From sequence record MW822008.1: a DNA stretch of 64,000 nucleotides. One strand, 5' to 3'. The notes beneath the pieces are model-generated. The model was not told the origin of the DNA. It worked only from the letters and a program-made list of their open reading frames with translations, and did no database searches. Positions 55,016 to 64,000 of the stretch are shown piece by piece; position 1 is the first letter of the stretch, and each line of letters starts with the position of its first letter. The stretch comes from Escherichia phage BF17. The position numbers and the translations under genes were made by a program.

Positions 55016-55984
55016 GTGAAAAAGCTTGATTTAAATGCAATTTCTGAAGAAGTACTGGATGAGTGTTTTGCTAGTGAAGAAGTCAACGTATTAGAGGCTC
55101 TTGATTCCGTCGAAGAAGAAGAAGAACATGACGGTCACAAGTTTGAGAAACCAAAAACAGGTATCAGCTTAACTCGCCCTAAAGGGATAACGAATGAAAT
55201 GCTCATCCAAGCAGTGCGTGATGGTATTGACGTTGAAAAGAACATTGACCTTTTGGTTCGCTACAACTATCCAATGGTAGTAAGTGTTGCACGTAAGTGT
55301 ACATGTTTTATCCCATTTGAAGATAAGATTTCTTATGGTGTTGAAGGTTTAATGCGAGCAATTCATACGTTCGACACTACCAAAAATGTTAAGTTCATTA
55401 CATATGCAACAACAACTGTGTACATGACAATCTATAACGAAAGTGCAGATGCTAATTATCTAGTGCATTTCCCACGTTATATGAGTGTTAATAACATTTA
55501 TGTGAAACGTTGTGTAGAAGAGTATCAAAGGAAACATGGTAAATACCCAACTCCTGAGATGGTGTCAAAAGAGACTGGTATTGAGATTCAACACGTTAAG
55601 AATTGTCTAACTTACAATAACACTTATGTAGCATTGAATATGAAAATGAGTAATGATTCAGAAAGTACATTATCTGACATTGTTACTTCAGTTGAACCTG
55701 ATTACAACTTAGGCGTAGAAACTGTCAGTACCCCACTGGTACAAAGTATTGCAGAAATGATGAGTAACCTATCTGCCAAAGACCGTGAATTGATTGAACG
55801 TGTACATGGTATTGGTTCTTATTCTGAACCAGAAACGCTACGAGAAATCATTGAGAGTGGTTTTGAAGATGAGAAGGGTAAGGTCATGACTGCTCGTTCT
55901 TCATTGCACCGCAAGTACTCTGAAGCAATGGAACGTCTTCGTAAGATGGTGAAGACGCAAGGTTACGAGTTCGAAGATTTTTAA
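55016..55984 (+). CDS. sigma-70 family RNA polymerase sigma factor (regions 2, 3, 4)
   Basis: Region 2 LLVRYNYPMVVSVARK...YGVEGLMRAIHTFD...KFITYATTTV; region 4-like C-terminus; GTG start with RBS aggaga. Confidence 0.7.
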   Translation: MKKLDLNAISEEVLDECFASEEVNVLEALDSVEEEEEHDGHKFEKPKTGISLTRPKGITNEMLIQAVRDGIDVEKNIDLLVRYNYPMVVSVARKCTCFIPFEDKISYGVEGLMRAIHTFDTTKNVKFITYATTTVYMTIYNESADANYLVHFPRYMSVNNIYVKRCVEEYQRKHGKYPTPEMVSKETGIEIQHVKNCLTYNNTYVALNMKMSNDSESTLSDIVTSVEPDYNLGVETVSTPLVQSIAEMMSNLSAKDRELIERVHGIGSYSEPETLREIIESGFEDEKGKVMTARSSLHRKYSEAMERLRKMVKTQGYEFEDF

Positions 55985-55991
55985 GATTAAA

Positions 55992-56017
55992 GGGTTGACT
56001 TCGGTCAGCCTTTTTTT
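55992..56017 (+). terminator. rho-independent terminator
   Basis: gggttgacttcggtcagcc plus TTTTTTT. Confidence 0.7.
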
Positions 56018-56551
56018 ATGGGACAAATTTATTAATGGTGATACAATGATCTATGTACAATCACAATGACAGTACTGGTACTGACAATCTTCCCCTACTT
56101 CACTTGAAAATGTAAAGGATAGATGAGCTTTTCATTGTAGCGAACAGCAAAAGAAACCCGTTAGATGTGGGCATAGTTTGAACCCCTCACGGCAATGCGG
56201 CTGTATAAAGAACCACGTTAGGATAGCTGGTGGTTCCTTGATAGACATATAAGGATAACACCTTACGAATTATCTAAGGGAGAGTTATCGAATTTTGTAC
56301 AGGAAAGTTGCGTCCAAAATTTGAGTACTCACATTAAGTATTTGATTGCATAGATACTTAATGAAGATACACTATGTTTAAAAGTGTAGACCGTCATATG
56401 AAACTGAAGTAGAGAGAAACAGGATGACCCGCTTTCGCACTCATTATGAGTAATCTTCAATGCAATAGCTCTGATACCATCAGCGTCAAATTCCCCTCCA
56501 TGCGGGGGGAAGAAAAATCCCTTCCTCAAATCCCGTCAATATTAAAAGTCC

Positions 56552-56580
56552 TTGACAGTTATGATTCATTCGCGTAGAAT
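56552..56580 (+). promoter_or_regulatory. sigma70-like promoter
   Basis: ttgaca 56552-56557, 17-nt spacer, tagaat 56575-56580. Confidence 0.55.
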
Positions 56581-56644
56581 ACGTAGTATTAGAAGCGAAC
56601 AGACATCTCGAAGAGATGGATGATTAACCACTAAGGAATATCTA

Positions 56645-56854
56645 ATGAATTCAGTAATCTTTTTAATTATTGCTCTTTCACCACAATCTGGTGTACAAAT
56701 CACCCCAATGAATTCAATGAATCAATGCATTGCAGTACGTGACAGTACGTATGAACAAGTAAACAGCGTATCACTTAGAACAGTTGGTGAAGAATTAATG
56801 TGGTGTTACAATAGTAATACTAAAGAGAAACTTATTGTTGGACAAACAAAATGA
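56645..56854 (+). CDS. small protein with N-terminal hydrophobic segment
   Basis: ORF track. Confidence 0.45.
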   Translation: MNSVIFLIIALSPQSGVQITPMNSMNQCIAVRDSTYEQVNSVSLRTVGEELMWCYNSNTKEKLIVGQTK

Positions 56855-57078
56855 GTTATGGTGTTCGTTTTGAGATTCGTTCTATTGTTACCAACAACAA
56901 GAAAGAAGCATCGGTGGATGGATCTATACGCGAATTATATCTATCATGTATCCGTGCCAAATCAGAAGCTGATGCATTAGCACAAATGTTTAGTTTTAAT
57001 TTCTTACATGGATACTATTTGGTAAGAGTTATCGAAGTTAAAAAAGTAAATTTTGGGTGTCTTGAAGGAGAACTATGA
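56851..57078 (+). CDS. hypothetical small protein
   Basis: ORF track. Confidence 0.45.
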   Translation: MSYGVRFEIRSIVTNNKKEASVDGSIRELYLSCIRAKSEADALAQMFSFNFLHGYYLVRVIEVKKVNFGCLEGEL

Positions 57079-57873
57079 ATGAATACTATTGATGAATTGA
57101 TTCGCCGGAATTCAAAATACTACGAACCATCAGAAATTGTAGGTAACATTACTAAATCTGAGTTCGGCCCAAATACGCGAAAACTCATTCATGTCATGTC
57201 TCGTGATGGCTTTAAATGTGATTGTTGTGGTGAATCCAATGTGGTATTCACTTTGCATAAACACAGTACTAAAGACCGTTATAAATTCAGACCTTATGTA
57301 CTTAAAGGGAAACGCCTTGTACGCATGACGTTAGACCATAATGTACTGGACTGTCTCCAGGGCGGTAATGATAAAGAGAACATGACTGCACTGTGTGAGG
57401 ATTGTAACGCATTACGCCAGCATAAGTTTGCTGAGTACAGTGAGTTTAAACACTGGTATCATAACGCGGATCGTTCAATTGAGCCGGACGTTAACTACTG
57501 CTTTATTGAGTACATTAAGAATGCCAAAGATACATACATTCTAAAATCAATGTCACCTATTACAGTGTTCCCTGAGAATCTATTCAGTACTATGCAGCGT
57601 GATTTTAAACGTGGTATCATGAATGCATTCAAACACTTAGACAAAGGTATCAAGCACTTTGAGGTGCAATGCTTAAATGAAGGAATGAATCGTTTAGTAC
57701 AAATTTACATGAAATCATTTATAGGTGTTGACAACGCACGTCTACCAGTATATAATTACTTCATTGAAAGCGAAGAAGGTGAATCACTTCGTGATTATGG
57801 TGAAAGATTTAATAATAAAGTCTTCACTGCAATCGCAAACGAGATTCATTACTATAAACCGTATGTAATTTAA
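57079..57873 (+). CDS. HNH endonuclease (free-standing homing-endonuclease-like)
   Basis: CDCCGES zinc knuckle; HNH core MTLDHNVLDCLQGGNDKENMTALCEDCN. Confidence 0.65.
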   Translation: MNTIDELIRRNSKYYEPSEIVGNITKSEFGPNTRKLIHVMSRDGFKCDCCGESNVVFTLHKHSTKDRYKFRPYVLKGKRLVRMTLDHNVLDCLQGGNDKENMTALCEDCNALRQHKFAEYSEFKHWYHNADRSIEPDVNYCFIEYIKNAKDTYILKSMSPITVFPENLFSTMQRDFKRGIMNAFKHLDKGIKHFEVQCLNEGMNRLVQIYMKSFIGVDNARLPVYNYFIESEEGESLRDYGERFNNKVFTAIANEIHYYKPYVI

Positions 57874-57887
57874 TTAGAGGATATATC

Positions 57888-58070
57888 ATGCAAATCATCA
57901 TTCTTATCGTAGGTATCATTCTTGGTGTATATGGTCACTCCTGGATGAACGAGAAGTTCCCTAATACCCGTCCTGAGTATTGCAGTACTAATGTATTCCA
58001 GAATGGTGAGAAACCAAAGGATAGTATTGGTAAGAAACTGGACAAAGTACTTGACGTAATCAACGAATAA
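57888..58070 (+). CDS. small membrane protein
   Basis: N-terminal TM. Confidence 0.45.
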   Translation: MQIIILIVGIILGVYGHSWMNEKFPNTRPEYCSTNVFQNGEKPKDSIGKKLDKVLDVINE

Positions 58071-58079
58071 GGGTAAAGT

Positions 58080-58280
58080 ATGTTTAAATCAAATACAAAT
58101 GTTGGTAAGAAGGTTCAATTACTTGAGGATGTATCCACTATGAGTGGAACCTTCACTAAAGGTCACATCATGACTATTATTGCCGAAACATCCCGTGGGT
58201 GGGATTTGGAAGATGCTGATGGTAATCGCATCCTTGAGGCTGGATACTTTGGTCATATTGAATATAAAATCCTTGATTAA
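58080..58280 (+). CDS. hypothetical small protein
   Basis: ORF track. Confidence 0.45.
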   Translation: MFKSNTNVGKKVQLLEDVSTMSGTFTKGHIMTIIAETSRGWDLEDADGNRILEAGYFGHIEYKILD

Positions 58281-58377
58281 GGATGCAACATGACTTTAGA
58301 GATTGTCTTTGGTATTGTTAGCTTAGTCGTCTGTGTGGGTTGGTTTGGGTATCTGATGATTTTTGGTGATTAATACT

Positions 58378-58405
58378 TGACATAAGATATCAGTACTGTA
58401 TAATG
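58378..58405 (+). promoter_or_regulatory. early promoter with CAGTACTG
   Basis: ttgaca 58378-58383, cagtactg, tataat 58400-58405. Confidence 0.6.
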
Positions 58406-58449
58406 TTTATATCAAACGACACCCACTTTAACAAATAATAGGAAATATT

Positions 58450-58728
58450 ATGTCTTTTACCAAAGAAGAACGTGACCTTATTAAAAAAGCAATCTGGTTT
58501 TATGCTAATGAAGGGGAGTGCGATGAAGAAAAAGCACGTGAACTGTGTAATATCCTTGAGCAGAAACAAGAACTGAAAGTTTATCGTATCCGTGTTTTGG
58601 ATGACGGGGATCGTATTGTCCTAGCTGAAACAAAAGAAGAAGCAGAACAAATCTTCACTGATAAAAACGAAAATCCACATTGGATGGAAGAAGTCTGTGA
58701 AGTAAAAAAAGGTACTTATATCGATTGA
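58450..58728 (+). CDS. hypothetical small protein
   Basis: ORF track; RBS taggaaa. Confidence 0.5.
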   Translation: MSFTKEERDLIKKAIWFYANEGECDEEKARELCNILEQKQELKVYRIRVLDDGDRIVLAETKEEAEQIFTDKNENPHWMEEVCEVKKGTYID

Positions 58729-58754
58729 CTGTACTGAATAATAGCAGTATAATG
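58726..58754 (+). promoter_or_regulatory. early promoter followed by leader hairpin
   Basis: ttgact 58726-58731, tataat 58749-58754; downstream ggaatgcagtg...cactgcgtttcc hairpin before gene 58847. Confidence 0.5.
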
Positions 58755-58846
58755 TTTATATCAAAGGGAATGCAGTGAAAGGAAAGACAGCATAATCGTA
58801 CTCGTCACTGCGTTTCCACCCTTTTAAATTAAATGAGGAATTAACT

Positions 58847-59155
58847 ATGTTTCAAACTAACACTCAAGGTTTTGTAATCATCGATTTGAACCAAAACAGC
58901 GGTTATTGGATGAAACCTACTGACGCATGTATGCAGTTTGATTTTTTAGGTTACAGGATTAGTGTAAGTACTGGTGCTTCTGTACTGCGTGGTGGTTGTA
59001 TCGTTGAACATCTGGTAACTGATCCAGAAGGTCGTGAGTATGAAATCGCAGGTTCAGTACAAGATGCCATTATGTTTGTATGTCAGCGTGAAATGAATAG
59101 TTCGAATTCAAATGCACTGACTCATGCTCTTTCTCAAGAAGTGGAGGTTCGTTAA
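58847..59155 (+). CDS. hypothetical protein
   Basis: ORF track; RBS gagga. Confidence 0.5.
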   Translation: MFQTNTQGFVIIDLNQNSGYWMKPTDACMQFDFLGYRISVSTGASVLRGGCIVEHLVTDPEGREYEIAGSVQDAIMFVCQREMNSSNSNALTHALSQEVEVR

Positions 59156-59406
59156 TGAAATATATCGTAGCAGTACTCGTTGCATTTTTACTCACTGCAT
59201 GTGACGCTTCAACAAAAGAACGCACAAGTGATTTTATTCTCCCTATTGAATTACAAGAAGCAGGATGTAAGATTTATCGTATGCAAAAGGACGGTGCTGG
59301 TGTAACCTTGTATACAGTTTATTGCCCTAATGCAAATACCAGTACTGGATACAGCAGCGGTAAAACACGAATCAATACTTCAGTGATTAATGGAGTACAA
59401 CAATGA
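59155..59406 (+). CDS. putative lipoprotein
   Basis: Signal peptide with lipobox LLTAC. Confidence 0.5.
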   Translation: MKYIVAVLVAFLLTACDASTKERTSDFILPIELQEAGCKIYRMQKDGAGVTLYTVYCPNANTSTGYSSGKTRINTSVINGVQQ

Positions 59407-59771
59407 GCCTTGATACAACCCGTGCAACAGATTTATTAACTCGTATGAATAATGAAGAATTTCTTGCTGAAATAAAGTACAAGCTTGAAAAACTGGCACG
59501 AAGTGCTGAAGTAATTGAAGTTGAAGGTCACTTACCAATGGACCAATTCAATACGTTCAACGAAGATATGGTTTATTATCCAAATGAAATTTGGATTGAG
59601 TGGGAGTCATGGACTAACAAAACTCTACGCATTGAAGGTTATTGTGTGAATTATGAATCTGAACCTGGTGATGTTACAAAAACTCTCTCCATTTGGTGTA
59701 CAAAAACACATGAACTCGTTGAGGTGAATTTGAATTATATGAAAGGTTTCCGTTGGGGTGATGTTCAATGA
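59403..59771 (+). CDS. hypothetical protein
   Basis: ORF track. Confidence 0.5.
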   Translation: MSLDTTRATDLLTRMNNEEFLAEIKYKLEKLARSAEVIEVEGHLPMDQFNTFNEDMVYYPNEIWIEWESWTNKTLRIEGYCVNYESEPGDVTKTLSIWCTKTHELVEVNLNYMKGFRWGDVQ

Positions 59772-60043
59772 TTAAAAAACTATTGACAGTTGTCTTTGTA
59801 TTCTGTACAATGTTTCTTACAGCATGTAATGATGACGGCAGGTTTAGTGCAAAAGACTTAGTTCGTCAGGATTGTACATTCACAGGTAAGTCTTTTATTA
59901 ACGAGTATGAAATATGTACACAATCAGGTCGTATCTGTGGTGGTTGGGAAAAACGTCAGGAGCGATTGTATGTATATGAATGCCCTGGTCATCTCAACAA
60001 AGTACTAAGCACACACAAACTTGTTTATGATAAGGTTGAATAA
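59768..60043 (+). CDS. putative lipoprotein
   Basis: Signal peptide with lipobox FLTAC. Confidence 0.5.
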   Translation: MIKKLLTVVFVFCTMFLTACNDDGRFSAKDLVRQDCTFTGKSFINEYEICTQSGRICGGWEKRQERLYVYECPGHLNKVLSTHKLVYDKVE

Positions 60044-60258
60044 TGACTACCAATGAAATGATGCAGGTTATTTGGGATAAAGGTTGCGATCTTAAAATCA
60101 CCAGTACTGATGTTCGTGTATTCAAAACTGAATATATGGAGTACTTGGACCTTGATACTTATAATAATATTGTATCAATTGAACACAAAGGTGCAGTACT
60201 GGAAACAATTGACGTAGTACTGAAGAAAGCTACCGACCTATTAGGAGCGGCAGTGTGA
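60043..60258 (+). CDS. hypothetical small protein
   Basis: ORF track. Confidence 0.45.
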   Translation: MTTNEMMQVIWDKGCDLKITSTDVRVFKTEYMEYLDLDTYNNIVSIEHKGAVLETIDVVLKKATDLLGAAV

Positions 60259-60412
60259 ATAACAAAGAGTGGGAAGAGTACCGTAAGAAGTGCAGGGAGT
60301 TTGATAAAGAACTAACTGGTACAGTGAATGCAGTAATGTGGGTATCTGTAATTATTGCAGTTCTTGCGTTGGGTGCTATTATTATTAATAAATTATTCTA
60401 AGGCGAATATCA

Positions 60413-60612
60413 TGTTTACTTTATATCTCGCAGTAGTTCTCACCAATGGTGAAATCACTCGTACTATTGGTGAAGGTGTATATAAAACACCAGACCAGTG
60501 CTACTCTGCTACTCATTGGCCTCGCGATAGTGGGGATGAAACTCGCACTGAATTCAAATGCATGAAAGTAAAAGGTGATTTTGTTAACCTTAAGGTTATC
60601 GAGGCGAAATAA
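60413..60612 (+). CDS. hypothetical small protein
   Basis: ATG 60413 preferred over ORF-track TTG 60355. Confidence 0.4.
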
Positions 60613-61127
60613 TGGATATTAATGAGTTGTTGATCTTATTGTTTAATCGTGGAAATGATGTAAGACGTTCTGAATATCAAGACAAAATTCACATTGAAAC
60701 TGATAAATGTTATGGTAAAACAACTCATGAGATTTTGAAGCCAAATGGCAAACGATATGCCGATGTATGTTTTCATGAACGAAGTGATGGTAGTGAAATA
60801 ATCAGTACTGAAATTGTGTTTTATGATAGATCCTCGGCAGGTTCGTATGAAATAGAACTTATATATTGTCCTGGTTCAGAAACACACAATAAACGTCAGA
60901 TATTATATGATGTTTATTCACCTCCAGGTGTAGCTGAATATTTTGTTATTGATTACAGTACTGAAGAAAGTGTGTTTCAACAGAGCTTGATTCATAACTT
61001 CCAGTTGAATGATCCAAATGTACCAAAGTTGTTCAAACTACTCGATACTATCGATGTTGATTTTGAATTTGTTATGTGCATTAGAACTTCCTTGATCGAT
61101 GAATTTATGGAACTACTTAATATATGA
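60612..61127 (+). CDS. family-A paralog
   Basis: TEESVFQQSLIHN. Confidence 0.6.
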   Translation: MDINELLILLFNRGNDVRRSEYQDKIHIETDKCYGKTTHEILKPNGKRYADVCFHERSDGSEIISTEIVFYDRSSAGSYEIELIYCPGSETHNKRQILYDVYSPPGVAEYFVIDYSTEESVFQQSLIHNFQLNDPNVPKLFKLLDTIDVDFEFVMCIRTSLIDEFMELLNI

Positions 61128-61345
61128 ATCGTTACTACATTGTGTATGAGCATGTATCTGAGTTTAATAATGTACGTGGTTATAAGAAAGAAGTACAGAA
61201 GATTGATGTATTTGTTCGTGCATTAAGTCCAACACATGCACTATTTAAATTGTTTGATGAAGTAACTAAGTACAACACACCAAAAACACAACGCTATATT
61301 GAAACAGTACATAGTGTAATACTCACTGAATATGATGGAGAATGA
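61124..61345 (+). CDS. hypothetical small protein
   Basis: ORF track. Confidence 0.45.
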   Translation: MNRYYIVYEHVSEFNNVRGYKKEVQKIDVFVRALSPTHALFKLFDEVTKYNTPKTQRYIETVHSVILTEYDGE

Positions 61346-61348
61346 CAA

Positions 61349-61567
61349 ATGAATTTATATCTAGTTGAAGGGTCAGTACAAGTATCCAAGCAAGACGGAG
61401 AAGGGTATCGTTTTTCACATGTAGAATATTTTAAGTACGTAGTAAAGGCCGATGGTCAGTACGACGCAGAAATTCAGGTTGAAGAATCATTCCGTAAGAA
61501 GAATGATATTGGTAAATTTGAATACCAAGACTTACAATTCACTGTATGGCCTAGCATTAATGACTAA
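61349..61567 (+). CDS. hypothetical small protein
   Basis: ORF track. Confidence 0.45.
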   Translation: MNLYLVEGSVQVSKQDGEGYRFSHVEYFKYVVKADGQYDAEIQVEESFRKKNDIGKFEYQDLQFTVWPSIND

Positions 61568-61772
61568 GATGTGGTGGTGTCATGGTGTCTACAATGTCTA
61601 TGAATATGGTAGATTCAAAATGAGCAGCACCTATGCCAGACGTGTTAATGCGAAAAACCAAGTTGATGCTGCTTGTGAGATTGTAGAGTGGTATGCAGAG
61701 TTCAATGCCATTGATTTTATGTACGAAATAGTTACAATAAATGTTGTACAAATTGACACGTCTTTGATATAA
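61560..61772 (+). CDS. hypothetical small protein
   Basis: In-frame ATG 61560 overlapping upstream stop; ORF-track 61452 start rejected. Confidence 0.4.
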   Translation: MTKMWWCHGVYNVYEYGRFKMSSTYARRVNAKNQVDAACEIVEWYAEFNAIDFMYEIVTINVVQIDTSLI

Positions 61773-61806
61773 TAACTGTATCAAAACAACCGCAACTGAG
61801 GATACT

Positions 61807-62469
61807 ATGTTAGTTAATCTTAATTTCATCACTTCTCCTGATTGGGCATTGCGTGGTGTTTCTTTGAACTTTAAAGAAACTAATTTCGACAACATTGGTG
61901 ATTGTACTTTAGTTAATGCTACATTTGATCCTCATCATCCTTTTTGGGCTGAAATTCATGATCCTAATGTAAACAATAGTACATCTGTTATGACTATTGT
62001 ACAGACGAAACATACAGGTATCCTCGCAGGTTACAGACCAGGACATGCGATTGAACACTTCACTGATTATGATGTAGTGGATGAGTATCCAATGATCCAT
62101 GAAGATGGAAGTTTATACACGTCAGAAGACTTCCGTGCTATCTTTAATAGTACTGATAACATTCTACCAAGTGGTCGTCCACGCCCTGAGTCTTATCTTA
62201 TGCACTCGTCTTATGGTGTAGCAGATACGCTTGAACAGATTTTGACGAAGTACAAGAACCTTATTGAAGGTCCAGAAGAAATTGTCATGTGCTATCATCC
62301 AGTCCTGAAGTCTGACCAACCAGAGAGTGGTGGGTGGCGTTGGCATAAGAATGGTGAGTACATTGGTACTAAGCGTAGTAAAGAACGCTTTGAGTACTTG
62401 TATGATGAGCCAGATGTTGAGGTTGTTTTATGTTATAATTTTCTTAAGGTGAAAAAGAAATGTATCTAG
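61807..62469 (+). CDS. hypothetical protein
   Basis: ORF track; RBS gagga. Confidence 0.55.
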   Translation: MLVNLNFITSPDWALRGVSLNFKETNFDNIGDCTLVNATFDPHHPFWAEIHDPNVNNSTSVMTIVQTKHTGILAGYRPGHAIEHFTDYDVVDEYPMIHEDGSLYTSEDFRAIFNSTDNILPSGRPRPESYLMHSSYGVADTLEQILTKYKNLIEGPEEIVMCYHPVLKSDQPESGGWRWHKNGEYIGTKRSKERFEYLYDEPDVEVVLCYNFLKVKKKCI

Positions 62470-62702
62470 TATTGAGTTTTGTAGTTGCATTATTGTTTAT
62501 GTTCTACCCTACACTAGTAGCAGTAGCCACTAAACGAAAGCTGGTGGATATCACTACTGTATTCTTGCTAAACGTGGCACTCGTTCTAGTGTCTATTATC
62601 ATTCCCGTGAGCTTTACGGTTATTGATATGGCATCTGTATTACTATTCGTCTTCAGTTATCTTATGCTTATTGAAGAAAAACCTGTTGACAAACGTTTGT
62701 AG
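62460..62702 (+). CDS. small membrane protein
   Basis: Two TM helices. Confidence 0.45.
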   Translation: MYLVLSFVVALLFMFYPTLVAVATKRKLVDITTVFLLNVALVLVSIIIPVSFTVIDMASVLLFVFSYLMLIEEKPVDKRL

Positions 62703-62713
62703 TACTGTATAAT
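62686..62713 (+). promoter_or_regulatory. early promoter with AGTACTG
   Basis: ttgaca 62686-62691, tataat 62708-62713. Confidence 0.55.
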
Positions 62714-62760
62714 GGTTCTTGTAGTCTGAAACTTAACACTTAAACTTGAGGATATAAAAC

Positions 62761-63087
62761 ATGTTATCAGTTCTAATTTCAATTCCTGCTCTAATTCTGT
62801 TATGGGTTATGGTTTTCGAATTCTTCATTAAAGACGAAACCGAGCGTGATGAGTTTCGTGAGTTGTTTATGTTAGACTCACCCATTGTACGAATCTTCTT
62901 CGTTGTAGTACTTATTTCAGTACTGTCATGGTTAGTAAGTTTTGTATTACCAATTGGACCATTTGTTTCAATTATGAATTTAGTTGAGAACATTGTTGGT
63001 ATTGTGTGGTTTACTAATGCATTGTTTGCTGGTAAAGTTTCCATTTGGTTTGATATCTTGAAAGATAAACTAACTAGTAAGAAGTAA
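62761..63087 (+). CDS. integral membrane protein
   Basis: Hydrophobic helices. Confidence 0.5.
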   Translation: MLSVLISIPALILLWVMVFEFFIKDETERDEFRELFMLDSPIVRIFFVVVLISVLSWLVSFVLPIGPFVSIMNLVENIVGIVWFTNALFAGKVSIWFDILKDKLTSKK

Positions 63088-63165
63088 CGTTCAAAAAGTC
63101 TCTAATAGTATTAAATACTTCTGTACAAATAATATGTGCAGAAGTATTGCTCGTTAGAGGTTATA

Positions 63166-63531
63166 ATGAAAAAATATATAAGAATGATAATGGTGTTTGT
63201 AGTATTCATGCTTTATTCAAGGTTCAGTACAGCCGTACCTGCTTACCTTGATTGTATGGGAAACGATGGAACATGGCATGTACTTTCTAATGACCCACAA
63301 AATGGAAACAATATTGTCGTAGATAATGAGGTTTACCGTTTCAGGGCCGAGAGTTTGATTGGGAATAAAAAGGTATCGACATATAAATCAGATGCTGGTA
63401 TAATAGCAAATGTAATATTGATAGTGGACCCCAAGACAAAGGATGGGGATATTTACATAGTCATTTATCAAGATTCGTCGAACAAACGCGATCAGGATAT
63501 TGATAAATTGAATATTCATTGTGAACTTTAA
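63166..63531 (+). CDS. secreted protein
   Basis: ATG 63166 with RBS agagg and signal-peptide-like N-terminus; ORF-track start 63136. Confidence 0.45.
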   Translation: MKKYIRMIMVFVVFMLYSRFSTAVPAYLDCMGNDGTWHVLSNDPQNGNNIVVDNEVYRFRAESLIGNKKVSTYKSDAGIIANVILIVDPKTKDGDIYIVIYQDSSNKRDQDIDKLNIHCEL

Positions 63532-63541
63532 GGTATAACAA

Positions 63542-63925
63542 ATGATAAACGATGTAATGCTTTATGTATTAATTACTCCGATTCTTATTAACTCAGTAAT
63601 AACTATTTCAATGGCATTATTTGGTATAGTAGCAATTGTTTATGCGGTTAGTACTGGAAAGTATACTTTAATTAGTAAGGTTGATTCATGGTTCGCATCT
63701 GATAGTGTACCATATTCAGCTAGTATGATTACGATTGGTATTCTAATCGTTGCATTTACACTGCACTGTATTGGTTTTATTAATACAAGTATTTTTTCAG
63801 TTTTTATTGGTCTATCATTATATCCATCACTTTGGTACTTGATTTATGTAATCGATGTTTGGTATAATAACTACAAGCAGTACAAAGTGAAGAAATCCAT
63901 TTTATCCAAAGGAAACAAATCATGA
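63542..63925 (+). CDS. integral membrane protein
   Basis: Several TM helices. Confidence 0.5.
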   Translation: MINDVMLYVLITPILINSVITISMALFGIVAIVYAVSTGKYTLISKVDSWFASDSVPYSASMITIGILIVAFTLHCIGFINTSIFSVFIGLSLYPSLWYLIYVIDVWYNNYKQYKVKKSILSKGNKS

Positions 63926-64000
63926 AAGTAATTTTGTTTTTTGTTTGTATGATTATATGTGGTATGTCTTATGCAGAACCATTACCTGGACTAGTCTGTA
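63922..64000 (+). CDS. hypothetical secreted or membrane protein, 3' end truncated by window edge
   Basis: ATG 63922, hydrophobic N-terminus, frame open to window end. Confidence 0.35.
   Translation, partial: MKVILFFVCMIICGMSYAEPLPGLVC

Overview
AT-rich, almost entirely plus-strand-coded segment of a large lytic phage genome with T4-like gene content (inferred by eye from protein motifs; no database search was run). Recognisable genes: type II topoisomerase subunits (gp39/60-like fused ORF and gp52-like), clamp-loader gp44/RFC-like ATPase, GroES-like gp31 co-chaperonin and a DexA-like exonuclease. Unusual accessory genes: an IF3 (infC) homolog, a full sigma-70-family sigma factor, a compact C5-cytosine methyltransferase, an HNH endonuclease, a NADAR-like protein and a DnaE-palm-like fragment. 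The rest is a hyperplastic early region: dozens of small ORFs behind near-consensus sigma-70 promoters (TTGACA-17-TATAAT) and hairpin/T-run terminators, a 7-member tRNA(-like) cluster at 39.9-44.1 kb, and one perfect late-promoter box (TATAAATA) before an 807-aa ORF. The main candidate for a new system is a family of at least 20 small paralogous proteins with variable N-termini and a shared C-terminal module (core motif approx. T-E-E-E-x-F-Q-x-S-[TL]-V-x-D), arranged in tandem arrays interleaved with tRNA genes and repeated promoter cassettes. A second mini-family (MTHEEWM, 54-56 aa) occurs as three translationally coupled tandem copies plus one dispersed copy. No CRISPR array, rRNA, integrase or transposase was seen.
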